Shown here piece after piece: positions 43,422-54,158 of a stretch of 64,000 bases of DNA. The notes under the pieces are model-generated. The model was not told the DNA's origin. It did no database searches and saw only the letters and a list, made by a program, of their open reading frames with translations. Positions within the stretch are counted from its first letter, which is position 1, and the number at the start of each line of letters is the position of its first letter. The stretch is from contig CAWETW010000003.1 of NCBI GenBank assembly GCA_963812155.1, positions 384,001 through 448,000 of the forward strand, given 5' to 3'. Origin of the DNA: Vulcanimicrobiota bacterium. GTDB lineage: Bacteria > Vulcanimicrobiota > Vulcanimicrobiia > Vulcanimicrobiales > Vulcanimicrobiaceae. Position numbers and translations under genes: made by a program.

Positions 43422-46400
43422 ATGATTCGCCGTTTACTTCTTATCGCGGTCGCGCTCGTCGCCGCGGCCGTTTCGACCCATGCTCCGCTGCGCGCGCAGA
43501 GCGCGGAGAACCCGCAGCCGGCCGCCGCGCCGACCACGACGCCGACCGTATCGCCGTCTCCGACCCCCACGCCCGGGCCGGCCTTCGGAAATATGAAATG
43601 GCGGGAGATCGGACCGGCCGGAACGGGAGGTCGCGTCGCTGCGGTCGCGGGCTCGGCAACCGATCCGAAACTCTATTACATCGGCGCCGCGGGCGGCGGC
43701 GTCTGGAAATCGTCAAACGGCGGACAGACGTGGGATCCGGTCTTCGACAAGCATACCGCAGCCATCGGCGCGGTCACGATCGATCCCACGAACAACCAAA
43801 CGGTCTGGGTCGGAACCGGTGAGACGAACCCGCGCAACGACGTTTCGGTCGGCGACGGGCTCTATAAGACGACCGACGGGGGCGACACCTGGACCAACGT
43901 CGGCTTAAAAAATACGCGCTACATCTCGCGCATCGCGGTCGATCCGCGCAATCACAATCACGTCGTCGTCGGCGCGCTCGGCGACGCCTTTGCCGACTCG
44001 CAGGACCGCGGAATCTACGTGACCGACGACGGCGGCAAGACGTGGAAGCAAACGCTCTACGTGGGGCCGCAGAGCGGCGTCGCCGACCTCGCGATGAGCG
44101 CACAAGATCCAAACGTGCTCTTCGCCGGCGTGTGGCAGTTCCAGCGGCGGCCGTGGACCTTTACCAGCGGCGGCGACGCAGACGGGCTCTATAAGTCGAC
44201 CGACGGCGGCGCGACCTGGACGAAACTCACCGGCCACGGTTTGCCCGAGGGGACGCTCGGCCGCATCGGCGTCGCGGTCGCACCGAGCGACGGAAATCGC
44301 GTCTACGCGGTCATCGAATCGAAGAAGGGCGTGCTGTGGCGTTCCGACAACGGCGGCGCAGACTGGAAGATGGTCAGCGACGATTCCCGCGTCGACGCGC
44401 GCTTTTTCTACTTCTCGCACGTCGAAGTGGATCCGAAGAATCCGAACCGACTCTTTGCGCTCTCCTTCGAAGTCATGATGAGCACCGACGGCGGTCAAAC
44501 GTTCAAATCGGTCGCCGATGACGTGCACAGCGATTTTCACGCCATTTGGATCGCGCCCAACGATCCCACGCGCGCGATCATCGGTCACGACGGCGGTATC
44601 GTGCTCACCGTCGACGGCGGCCAGAACTGGTTCTTCCCGGGCAACATGCCGATCGGCCAAGTCTACCGCGTCGGTTTGGGCAACGACAATCCGTATACCG
44701 TCTGCGCCGGCCTGCAAGATAACAACGGCTGGTGCGGCCCGTCGAACTCGCTCGATCCGTCCGGCATTCAGAACAAGAATTGGATCGCCACGGCGGGCGG
44801 CGACGGAACGTGGGGCATTCCCGAACCCGACGATCCGAACTGGATTTGGTCGGACTCGCAAGACGGTTCGCTCGGCGTCTACAATCGCGTAACGCAAGAC
44901 GGATGGTCGGCACAGCCCTACCTGCAAAACGGCAAAGAGTCGTGGGAACTGAACACGAGCAAGTATCGCTTCAACTGGGAATCGCCGCTTGCGTTCGCGC
45001 CGTGGCGCAGCTCGAGCGGGAAGCTCATCGCGTGGTACGGCGGCAACGTTGTCTTTCAAACCACGGACCGCGGACGCTCGTGGACCGTCATCAGCCCCGA
45101 TCTCACGCGCAACGACAAATCGCATCAGAACCCCGCCGGCGGCCCCATCAATAACGACGTGTCGGGCGCCGAGTATACCGACACGATTCTGGATATCGAG
45201 GCCTCGCAACGCACGAATGGCGAGATCTGGGTCGGCACCGACGACGGAGTGGTGCAGCTGACGCGCGACGGCGGCAAGCACTGGAGCAACGTGACGCCCG
45301 CAGGCGCGCCGCAGAACGGCCGCTTCGCGACCGTCGCGCCGTCGACGCTGGTCGCCGGCACGGCATACGCCATCGAAGACGATCACGAAATGGGCGACAG
45401 CGCTCCGTGGGCGTTCGTCACCCGCGACTATGGTCGGACCTGGACGAAAATCGTCGACGGATTGCCGGCCGACCAGTGGGCGCGGTCCATCCGCCCCGAC
45501 ATTCGCGATCGCAACATCGTCTATCTCGGCAACGAAGAAGGCATCTACATTTCATTCGATGCCGGCGCGCACTGGCAATCGTTCCAAAACGATTTGCCCA
45601 AGGTATCGGTGCACGACATCCGCATGCAGCCGCGCGAGGACGACATCGTCATCGCGACGCACGGCCGCAGCGTCTACATCATGGACGACGTGCGCGCGGT
45701 GCAAGAACTGCAATCGGCGGTTTCGACCGGGACCGCGCTGTTTGCGCCGCGCAAAGCCTACGAGTGGTCGCTGCACGAAAACGACGAAGGGACCTACACC
45801 AACTTCGCGGCGGACAATCCGCCGTACGGCGTGATGATCACGTATTATCAAAAGGAGCCGCAGAAGAGCGCGCCGTCGCTGGATATCCTCGATGCAAACG
45901 GCCGCGTGATTCGCAGCGTATCCGGAACGCACAAAGTCGGCGGTAAAGACGTGCCGTACGTTTCGAATGAAGTGGGATTGAATCGTTACGTCTGGGACTT
46001 TGCCGTCAACGGTCCGGTGCGCTGGAACGCTCCGACGCAAGAGTTTCTCAAAGGCCCGCGGACCGGACCCGGTGTCGTGCCGGGCAACTACGCGGTACGC
46101 ATGACGCTCTCGGGCCACACCTACGTGCAGCGGTTCAGCGTCGGGCCCGATCTACGTTCGCGTTTCACCCAGGCCGAGTATCAGCAGACGTTCGACGAAG
46201 CGATGCGGCAGATGACGCGTCTTTCGAAGGTGGATACGATGCTCAATAATCTCGACGACGTCAAGAAGGCGCTAACTACGGGCACGGATGCGGCGAATAA
46301 GGCCAATGCGACGGCGTTGACGACGAAGCTGCAAGACACGCAGACGGCGCTTACGACGCTCTACGATTCGCTGGCGGCGAACGTGCGCGGCGAAGGCACC

Positions 46401-46625
46401 GAGGACGAGACGAAGCTTCAGCAAGATCAACTCGGCGCGTACTTCACGTCGACCGGTCTCATCACGCCGGCGGTGACCGAATTCATCGCGCGCGTCAACG
46501 TCGACTATCGCGCCGGCATCGGACGTTACAATGACTTCGTCAACAAGGTTCTTCCGGGCGCCAATGCGGCGCTGAAAGCAGGCGGGCAGAAGGCGCTACC
46601 CGCAATTTCCACAATGACTCCGTAA
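43422..46625 (+). CDS. Secreted VPS10/BNR-repeat beta-propeller protein (putative glycosyl hydrolase)
   Basis: Signal peptide; WREIGP..GGRV; many S/T.DGG.TW Asp-boxes; GLQDN; YRFNW; ATHGR. Confidence 0.9.
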   Translation: MIRRLLLIAVALVAAAVSTHAPLRAQSAENPQPAAAPTTTPTVSPSPTPTPGPAFGNMKWREIGPAGTGGRVAAVAGSATDPKLYYIGAAGGGVWKSSNGGQTWDPVFDKHTAAIGAVTIDPTNNQTVWVGTGETNPRNDVSVGDGLYKTTDGGDTWTNVGLKNTRYISRIAVDPRNHNHVVVGALGDAFADSQDRGIYVTDDGGKTWKQTLYVGPQSGVADLAMSAQDPNVLFAGVWQFQRRPWTFTSGGDADGLYKSTDGGATWTKLTGHGLPEGTLGRIGVAVAPSDGNRVYAVIESKKGVLWRSDNGGADWKMVSDDSRVDARFFYFSHVEVDPKNPNRLFALSFEVMMSTDGGQTFKSVADDVHSDFHAIWIAPNDPTRAIIGHDGGIVLTVDGGQNWFFPGNMPIGQVYRVGLGNDNPYTVCAGLQDNNGWCGPSNSLDPSGIQNKNWIATAGGDGTWGIPEPDDPNWIWSDSQDGSLGVYNRVTQDGWSAQPYLQNGKESWELNTSKYRFNWESPLAFAPWRSSSGKLIAWYGGNVVFQTTDRGRSWTVISPDLTRNDKSHQNPAGGPINNDVSGAEYTDTILDIEASQRTNGEIWVGTDDGVVQLTRDGGKHWSNVTPAGAPQNGRFATVAPSTLVAGTAYAIEDDHEMGDSAPWAFVTRDYGRTWTKIVDGLPADQWARSIRPDIRDRNIVYLGNEEGIYISFDAGAHWQSFQNDLPKVSVHDIRMQPREDDIVIATHGRSVYIMDDVRAVQELQSAVSTGTALFAPRKAYEWSLHENDEGTYTNFAADNPPYGVMITYYQKEPQKSAPSLDILDANGRVIRSVSGTHKVGGKDVPYVSNEVGLNRYVWDFAVNGPVRWNAPTQEFLKGPRTGPGVVPGNYAVRMTLSGHTYVQRFSVGPDLRSRFTQAEYQQTFDEAMRQMTRLSKVDTMLNNLDDVKKALTTGTDAANKANATALTTKLQDTQTALTTLYDSLAANVRGEGTEDETKLQQDQLGAYFTSTGLITPAVTEFIARVNVDYRAGIGRYNDFVNKVLPGANAALKAGGQKALPAISTMTP

Positions 46626-49600
46626 TGAACGCGCTGCGCGCCGCCGTGCTGGTGTCGGCGTTGGCGGCAGCCGGCGCTGCGCCGGCGGCAGCCGCATCTG
46701 CACCGCAGGGTTCTCCGGGGTTCGGTAACCTCACGTGGCGTTCGATCGGACCGGCGGTGGCCGGCGGTCGCGTCGCAGCCGTTGCCGGTACGCCGCAAGA
46801 CGATCGTCTCTACTACGTCGGCACGGCCGGCGGCGGCGTGTGGAAGAGCGTGAACGGCGGAGCGACGTGGGATCCCGTCTTCGACAAGCAACCGTCGCCG
46901 GCGATCGGTGCGATCGCGATCGACCCGCGCAACGAAAGCGTCGTCTACGCGGGCACCGGCGAAAGCAATCCGCGCAACGACGTGAGCTACGGCGACGGAC
47001 TCTATAAATCGACCGACGGCGGCAAAACGTGGAGCAACGCCGGTCTGCGCGGTACGCGGCATATTTCCCGTATCGTTATCGATCCGAAGAATCCGGCGCA
47101 CCTCGTTGTCGGCGCGCTCGGCGACGTTTTCGCCGATTCGCCCGACCGCGGCGTTTACGTTTCGTACGATGCCGGGCGCTCGTGGCGTAAAACGCTTTAC
47201 GTGGGCCCCCGCAGCGGTGCGAGCGACGTGGCGATGGACGTTCGCAATCCCGATGTCGTCTACGCCGGGATCTGGGAGTTTCGCCGGCAGCCGTGGACGT
47301 TCGGCAGCGGCGGCCCGGACGACGGACTCTACCGTTCGAGCGACGGCGGTAAAACGTGGAAACGCTTGAGCGGGAACGGATTGCCGGCGGGCATCACCGG
47401 TCGCATCGGGCTCGCCGTCGCTCCGAGCGACGGCAATCGGGTCTACGCGCTGATCGAAGCCAAGGGTGGAATTCTATGGCGCTCCGACGATGCCGGTGCA
47501 ACCTGGAAGATGACGTCGAGCGACACGCTCGTCGATCAGCGGCCGTTTTACTTTTCACACATCGCCGTCGATCCGCGCAATCGCGATCACGTCTACGCCG
47601 TTTCCGAAGCGCTCTCCGAGAGTAAGGACGGCGGCAAAAAATTCACCGAGATCGCAAAAGACGTGCACGTCGACTACCATGCGATTTGGATCGCACCGAA
47701 CGAGCCCTCGCGCATCATCGTCGGCGAGGACGGCGGCTATGCGATCACGACCGATGGCGGCAAGACGTGGCCGTTCTCGCGAAACCTCGCGATCGGCCAG
47801 TTCTACCACATCGCAGCCTCGAACGAAAACCCGTATTGGGTGTGCGGCGGCCTGCAGGACAACAGCGCGTTCTGCGGTCCGTCGAACTCGCTCGACCGCG
47901 AAGGTATTTCCGATGGAGCGTGGATGAACGTCGTCGGCGGCGACGGCATGTGGGCGGTTCCGGATCCGATCGATCCGAACCTAATTTGGACGGACCTTCA
48001 GGACGGCCGCGTTTCGATTTTCAATCGCAAGACGCAGACCAGCCGCTTCATCCTTCCCTATTACGATTTCGCAAAGAACGACTTCGACGTCGCGCAGAGC
48101 AAATATCGCTTCAACTGGGATTCGCCGATTGCGTTCGCGCCGTGGGACGGCCACGTCGCCTGGTATGGCGGCAACGTCGTCTTTCAAACCAGCGATCGCG
48201 GCGAACATTGGACGCCGATCAGTCCCGACCTCACGCTCGATCTCAAAGAGCACCAGCACCCCGCCGGCGGTCCGCTGGCCTACGACGTATCCGGAGCCGA
48301 GTATTCCGACACGATTCTCACCATCGAAGGCTCCTCGTTGCTCAAAGGCGAGATTTGGGTGGGCACCGATGACGGACTCGTTCAACTCACGCGCGACGGC
48401 GGCGCGCACTGGCAGAACGTCACGCCGCCCGGCGTCGCGCCGTACGGGCGCGTCGAGACGGTTGCGCCGTCGCCGCTTGCGCGACGGCATGGCCTACGCC
48501 AACGTCGACCGTCATCGCTCGGGCGATTACGCACCATATCTGTTCGTAACGACGGATTATGGAAAAACCTGGACCAAGATCGTGAACGGGTTGCCGCCGA
48601 ACGAGTACGTGCGCACGGTGCGGCCGGATTCGGTCACGCCGCAGCTCGCATACGCAGGCACCGAACGCGGCATTTACGTGTCGTACGACGCCGGCGCGCA
48701 TTGGCAGAGCCTGCAGTTGAATCTGCCGCCGGTCTCGGTGCGCGATATTCGCGTGCAGCCGCAGTTCAACGACCTGCTCGTCGCGACGCACGGGCGGGCG
48801 TTGTGGATCATGGATTCGATTGCGGCGCTGCAGGGCAATCCGGGCGCGCAGGGAGCCGGCATCGCCCTGTTCCCGATGCGCGCGGCGTACGAGTACCACC
48901 AGCACTCCAACGATCTCGGGCTCTACACGCGGTTCGCCGGCGAAAATCCGCCGCTCGGCGCGATCGTCGATTTCTATCAGGCTCGCCCGCAAGGCAAGAC
49001 GCCCGTCATCGAAATTCTCGACGCCAAAGGCAACGTCGTGCGCCGCGTGACCGGGACGCATAAAGTAAAGGAGAAAGACGTCCCCGACGTGCCGAACAAA
49101 ATCGGCGTCAATCGCTACGTGTGGGATTTCCACGAAGACGGGCCCGTGCAGTGGATGGGTGCGGCGCGCGAAGAGTATCGCGGCCCAAAGACCGGCGCGC
49201 TCGTGGTACCTGGAACGTACACGGTCCGGATGACGCTCGACGGGAAGCCGCTGACGCAGAACGTCGTGGTGAAGCCCGATCCGCGCGACGGCTGGACGCA
49301 GGCCGACTACGAAGCGGGTTACGCATTCAGCAAGAAGTATCTCGGCGACTACGGCAAGATCGACACGGTGCTCAACAATCTCGATGCGTTGAAGAAGTCG
49401 CTCGCAGCCGCGTCGCAGGCGGCGTCGAAAGCCGGCAATGCGTCGCTGGTATCGCAAATCGCGTCGGCGGAGTCGGCGCGCGCCGTCGTGTTCGCGATGT
49501 TTACCGCCGACTATCACAACGACGAGGATTCGATCCAGCGTCCCGGCGCATTGCGTGAGGACGTTCCCAGCGGTGGTTTTCTCCGCGGCGGAAACCAGCC

Positions 49601-49763
49601 GCCGACCGCGTCGCTTTTGGAATATGCCGCGCGCTTCGACACTGCGTACGCCGACGCGTTCGCAAAATACAACGCCTACGTCAACGGACTCTCACCGCTG
49701 CAGGCGGCGCTCGCCACCGCCGGCATCGCAGCCCTCACCGGCGCCACCCCCGTCTCACCTTAA
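46625..49763 (+). CDS. Second VPS10/BNR-repeat paralog (frameshift near 48480)
   Basis: Colinear with the preceding gene; ORFs 46625..49063 and 48129..49763 join; TAATG stop/start overlap. Confidence 0.9.
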
Positions 49764-49768
49764 CGCTT

Positions 49769-49992
49769 TGTCATCCTGAGCGGAGCGCGCCCCTGTCATC
49801 CTGAGCGGAGCGCCGCAGGCGCGCAGTCGAAGGACCCGCGCACTGTCATCCCGAGCGGAGCGTGCGCCCCATGTCATCCCGAGCGGAGCGCCGCCCCATG
49901 TCATCCCGAGCGGAGCGCCGCCCCATGTCATCCTGAGCGAAGCGCGCTCCATGTCATCCTGAGCGAAGCGCCGTAGGCGCGCAGTCGAAGGA
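49769..49992 (+). repeat. TGTCATCC repeat array (7 units), left of GIY-YIG gene
   Basis: TGTCATCC(T/C)GAGCG(G/A)AGCG at 49769, 49794 (full), 49844, 49872, 49899, 49926 and 49952 (full). Confidence 0.97.
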
Positions 49993-50044
49993 CGCGCCAG
50001 CCAACGCGTCTTGCCGTTTTTCCGCGCGGCGCAGATGAAGCGAC

Positions 50045-50356
50045 GTGGAGAAATACTTCGTTTACATGTTGCTTTGCGCGGACGATTCATTCTACGTCGG
50101 CGTCACGAACAATGTGGAAGGACGCGTATGGCAGCACAACACGGGCTGGGACGCCGATTCCTACACGCATCGGCGTCGTCCCGTCCAGTTGGTACACTGC
50201 TCGGGTTTCAGGAACGTTTTCGATGCAATCAGTTGGGAGAAGCAACTCAAGGGATGGTCACGCGCCAAGAAGCGCGCTCTCATGCATGACGATTGGCAGG
50301 GCGTTCATCAGATCGTTACCAACGAGCGCCGCAGGCGCAAAAAACAGAAAGCGTAG
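50045..50356 (+). CDS. Small stand-alone GIY-YIG nuclease (YhbQ/UPF0213-like)
   Basis: YFVYML...FYVGVTNN (GIY/YIG equivalents), conserved Arg (GRV.QH), YT..RRP..LV, Glu in WEKQLKGWSRAKK.AL. Confidence 0.93.
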   Translation: MEKYFVYMLLCADDSFYVGVTNNVEGRVWQHNTGWDADSYTHRRRPVQLVHCSGFRNVFDAISWEKQLKGWSRAKKRALMHDDWQGVHQIVTNERRRRKKQKA

Positions 50357-50359
50357 CCG

Positions 50360-50565
50360 TCCTTCGACTGCGGCGTGCTTCGCACGCCTTCGCTCAGGAT
50401 GACATAGTGAGGTGGCGTGCTTCGGACGCCTTCGCTCAGGATGACATAGTGAGGTGGCGTGCTTCGCACGCCTTCGCTCAGGATGAGTGAGATGGCGTGC
50501 TTCGCACGCCTTCGCTCGAGATGACCGAGGAGCTCCGCTCGGGATGACACCGACATCCGCTCAGG
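50360..50565 (-). repeat. TGTCATCC repeat array (5-6 units), right of GIY-YIG gene (inverted)
   Basis: Full unit 50360-50404; further units ending about 50446, 50486, 50525 and 50549; partial at 50556-50565; first units have about 42-bp period. Confidence 0.96.
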
Positions 50566-50577
50566 CGGCGAGGGCAC

Positions 50578-50621
50578 TTGACGAGAGCGATACCGTGTGG
50601 TACACACTATGTGTACTACAC
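50578..50621 (+). promoter_or_regulatory. Putative promoter with palindromic operator for the PadR gene
   Basis: TTGACG (50578) N17 TACACA; inverted repeat GTGTGGTACACA-cta-TGTGTACTACAC (11/12) over the -10. Confidence 0.6.
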
Positions 50622-50641
50622 TATATGCCACATAGGAAACG

Positions 50642-51004
50642 ATGAACGAAGGCGCCCTCGAGAACTTGCGCTTGGAACTGCGGCGGGGTTCGGTGATCTT
50701 GGCGGTCCTGGGCGAGCTGCGCACCGAGCGGTACGGTTACGTGCTGCGTCGGGCGCTCGCCGAACGGGGACTGGAGATCGACGAAAATACCCTCTACCCG
50801 CTGCTCCGGCGCCTCGAGGATCAGGGTTTGCTCACCAGCGTCTGGCGCGAAGAGGAGAAGCGGCGGAAGCGCTTCTACCGCCTGTCGCCCGGCGGAGCGG
50901 AGACCCTCGAGCGTTTGACGGACGAATGGCGCCGTCTGAACGACTCGCTCGAGAGAATTCTCGATGAATCCGCGCATCGTCCCATCGCCGTTTCCGGGGA
51001 GTAA
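50642..51004 (+). CDS. PadR family transcriptional regulator
   Basis: ELRRG...LAVL, YGY.L, TLYPLLRRLE.QGLL, RRKRFYRLS..G. Confidence 0.92.
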   Translation: MNEGALENLRLELRRGSVILAVLGELRTERYGYVLRRALAERGLEIDENTLYPLLRRLEDQGLLTSVWREEEKRRKRFYRLSPGGAETLERLTDEWRRLNDSLERILDESAHRPIAVSGE

Positions 51005-51009
51005 TCGGA

Positions 51010-52138
51010 ATGGAACTCATCGATCGCTACGTCCAAGCCGTCGGAACGTATCTGCCTCGAGCGCAACGCTCCGACATCGTCGACGAACTCTCCGAAGACC
51101 TGCGGTGCGAAGTCGACGATCGCCAGCGCAGTCTCGGGCGTCCGCTCACCGAAGCCGAAGAAGAAGCGCTGCTGCTCCAGCGCGGCCATCCGATGACCGT
51201 TGCGGGCGCGTATTTGCCGCAGCAATCGCTGATCGGACCGGCACTCCTTCCAGCGTATCACCTTCGTGCTCAAACTCGTGATCGCGGTATTCGCCGTCAT
51301 CTTCATGCTGATCGTCGGGCCGATCCGCATTGGTGAGGGTGCCGGCACCCTCGAAGCGATCGCGACGTCGGCGATGAACCTCTGGATCTACGTTTGGATT
51401 CCGATCGGCATCGTGACGGTCGTTTTCGCTGCGGTCGAGCGCGCCCAGCAGCGCGACGCCGGCTACGGATGGAATCCTCGCTCGCTCCCAGGGGTTGGCA
51501 ACGTCAGCCTCATTCCTCGTTCGGAATCGATCGCGCAAGCCGCGTTCGGCACGATCTTCGTTCTGTGGTGGGCGAGCGGCGCTCCGATGTTACCGGCCGG
51601 CGATGCCGCGAGCGTGCAGCATTCGATGCTGCGGCTGTTCGTGCCGGTGCTGTTCGTCGCGCTGTGCTCGGTGGCGCTTGGCGTCGCCAACGCCTTGCAT
51701 CCGTATTGGTCGCGCTTACGCCTCGCGCTGCGGGTAGGGATCGACGCGCTGACGGCAGCGATCGCGCTGTGGATCGTTAGCGCCTGCTGGAGCGGCATCG
51801 TCGTGGACGCGTCGCAATTGAATCATCCGCAACTGCTCTCCGCCGGCCAATGGACGAACCTCAGTCTGGCACTCGGGCTCGCCGTCACGGCCGTTATCGC
51901 AGCGATATCCTGCGTCGCGTATGCGGTTCGTCTCGTGCGTCTTGTTCGTGTCGCGAGGATGCCGCTACAGAAGGCGTTTGAGGAACGTCTCGTGTTTGAA
52001 CGAAGCGCTCTTTCCGAAGCGCACGATGACGGCGTCGAGCGACGGCACGAGATAGAGCGCCTGGCCGCCCGCACCGCTCGCGTATGCCGACATCGCGAAG
52101 GCGCGCGCGGAGGCGCGAGCCACCATCCCAGGCCGTAG
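51010..52138 (+). CDS. PadR-associated membrane protein (frameshift near 51260; 3' end uncertain)
   Basis: MELIDRYV..V..YLP..QR.DI..EL N-terminal domain, LIGP motif, then about six TMs. Confidence 0.7.
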
Positions 52139-52789
52139 CGCGCGTTTGCCGCCGACCCCGTGAAGCACTCGGCGAGCGAGTCGCGTTCGCGCAACACGTA
52201 GCGGCCGTATGCAAGCCAGTTTTCGGCGGTGAGAAACGCGCCCGTCGGCAGCGGGTGAGTACCGTCGGAAAGGGTGCGCCACTTCGCGACTTCGACGCCG
52301 GCGGGCCGTAGAATGCGCTCGCGCAGGTAGTCGTGCGGCGTTTGGCTGCGAGCTGCGAGTTTGCGCGCGAGCACGGCGCCGAAAACCTGCAGCGCGATGC
52401 CGCCATAGGTGAACGTCGTTCCGGGTTCGTTCTTGAGCGTCATTCCCAGCGCGCGATCGTACGTCGGCACGGCGCTGCCCGAGCCCGCCGAATCCGAACC
52501 CGGCCGTGAGCGCGAGCAGCATGCGCAGCGTCACGCGCCGTTTCCACGGATCGTCGCGCCACGATTCGACGGTTGAGGCAACCGGTTCGTCGAGTTCCAG
52601 CAGCCCGTCGGATTGCGCCGCCAACGCCACCGGTCCCCAAAAACTCTTCGTTCCGCTGTAAAGCGCGTGCGGCGTTCGCGCCTCGAATGCGTCGCCGTAT
52701 TCGCACGCGAGCGTCTCGCCGCCACGCGTTATGACGAGCGCCTCCAGCGCGTGTTTGCGCGCGTACTCGATTGCAGCGTCCATCTGCAT
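51965..52789 (-). CDS. Serine hydrolase, beta-lactamase family (frameshifted)
   Basis: YSGTKS (SxxK), VTLR.LL..TAG, EPGT.F.Y, YGLGWW, ASGAGGQ. Confidence 0.82.
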   Translation of the reverse strand: MQMDAAIEYARKHALEALVITRGGETLACEYGDAFEARTPHALYSGTKSFWGPVALAAQSDGLLELDEPVASTVESWRDDPWKRRVTLRMLLALTAGFGFGGLGQRRADVRSRAGNDAQERTRNDVHLWRHRAAGFRRRARAQTRSSQPNAARLPARAHSTARRRRSREVAHPFRRYSPAADGRVSHRRKLACIRPLRVARTRLARRVLHGVGGKRALRPGMVARASARAFAMSAYASGAGGQALYLVPSLDAVIVRFGKSASFKHETFLKRLL

Positions 52790-52827
52790 CGGAAGGGCGT
52801 TCGACCGCCGGTAAGAAAAGCGCCTTC

Positions 52828-54153
52828 ATGAGGCCCTACGTCCTTTTGGTCGCCTCGGTCGCCGCGTTGGGAGGATTGCTCTTCGGTTACGACACCGGGG
52901 TGATCTCCGGCGCAATTCTTTTCATTAGCAAAGACTTCTCGCTCAGCACGAAGCTGCAAGAGTTCACGATCAGCGTCGTGCTGATCGGGTGCATCGGGGG
53001 TGCGGCGGTGGCAGGCACCGTCGCCGACGCGATCGGCCGGCGTCTGACGCTCTTTGCCGCCGGCGTGATTTTCCTCGTGGGCGCGCTGGTGTCGGCGTTT
53101 ACGCCGGACGAAACGACGCTGCTCGCGGGGCGTTTCGTCGTCGGCATCGGCATCGGTTTCAGTTCGGTCGTCGCGCCGCTCTACATTTCGGAGGTCGCGC
53201 CGGCGGCCGTTCGCGGCGCGCTCGTCTCGCTCTATCAGTTTGCGATCACGGTGGGCATCCTCGGTGCGTATCTCATCGACTACGTATTCGCGCGCGGGGG
53301 CCAGTGGCGCGAAATGCTCGGCTTCGCCGTCGTTCCTTCGCTCGTCCTGATCGTCGGGATGATTTTCATGCCGGAGAGCCCGCGGTACCTGTTCCGGCGC
53401 GGTCACGACTCTCGCGCACGCGACGAACTCCAGCGTATCGCCGTCGATCGCGCCGCGTCGGACGAAGAGGAGCGGTCGATTCGCGAGAGCCTGAAGGTCA
53501 AGAGCGCCGGTTTCGCCGCCTTCAAGGCGCCGGCGGTGGGGTTGGCGCTCTTCATCGGCGTGACGCTCGCCCTCTTGCAGCAAGTGACCGGCATCAACAC
53601 GGTAATCTACTACGGTCCGCAAATTTTTCAAATGGCCGGCATCGGTTCGGATGCGGCGTCGATCCTCGCGCAGACATTGGTCGGCACGGTCAACGTCGTG
53701 CTGACGCTGGTCGCGATCTTTTTCGTCGACCGCGTCGGACGCAAGCCGCTGCTGTATATCGGCTTGGCCGGCATGTTTCTTGCGCTGGCGACCCTCGGCA
53801 TCGCGTTCGCGCAGCCGCACCTCTCAGGATCGCTCGGCACGATCGCGCTGGCGAGCATGATGGTTTACGTCGGTTGTTTCGCCTTTAGCCTCGGGCCGAT
53901 CGTCTGGCTCCTCATATCGGAGATCTTCCCGTTGCCGGTGCGCGGCTTGGGCATGTCGATTTCGACGCTCGCGAACTGGGTAGGAAACTTTCTAGTGTCG
54001 CAATTCTTCCTCACCATGATTAACAAGCTCGGGCGGCCGCTCACGTTCTGGGTGTATGCGGCGCTTTGCATCGTGACCATTCTCTTCGTTCGGGCGATGG
54101 TGCCCGAGACCAAACGCGAACTGCTCGAAGACATTCGCGTCCAACCGGCGTAG
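52828..54153 (+). CDS. Sugar porter family MFS transporter
   Basis: GGLLFGYDTGVISGA, D.IGRR, YISE.AP..RG, PESPR, QQVTGIN..IYY, DRVGRK, PETK. Confidence 0.95.
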   Translation: MRPYVLLVASVAALGGLLFGYDTGVISGAILFISKDFSLSTKLQEFTISVVLIGCIGGAAVAGTVADAIGRRLTLFAAGVIFLVGALVSAFTPDETTLLAGRFVVGIGIGFSSVVAPLYISEVAPAAVRGALVSLYQFAITVGILGAYLIDYVFARGGQWREMLGFAVVPSLVLIVGMIFMPESPRYLFRRGHDSRARDELQRIAVDRAASDEEERSIRESLKVKSAGFAAFKAPAVGLALFIGVTLALLQQVTGINTVIYYGPQIFQMAGIGSDAASILAQTLVGTVNVVLTLVAIFFVDRVGRKPLLYIGLAGMFLALATLGIAFAQPHLSGSLGTIALASMMVYVGCFAFSLGPIVWLLISEIFPLPVRGLGMSISTLANWVGNFLVSQFFLTMINKLGRPLTFWVYAALCIVTILFVRAMVPETKRELLEDIRVQPA

Positions 54154-54158
54154 CGCGT

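Noticed and set aside
49755..50090. ORF with repeated MTWGGAPLG peptides (also 50308..50724 and 57027..57326)
   Set aside because: These are translations of the DNA repeats on the non-coding strand, not credible proteins.
49769..50565. Repeat arrays as a CRISPR array
   Set aside because: Linkers are short, irregular and often identical to each other, arrays are inverted around a gene, copies are dispersed, and no cas genes are present.
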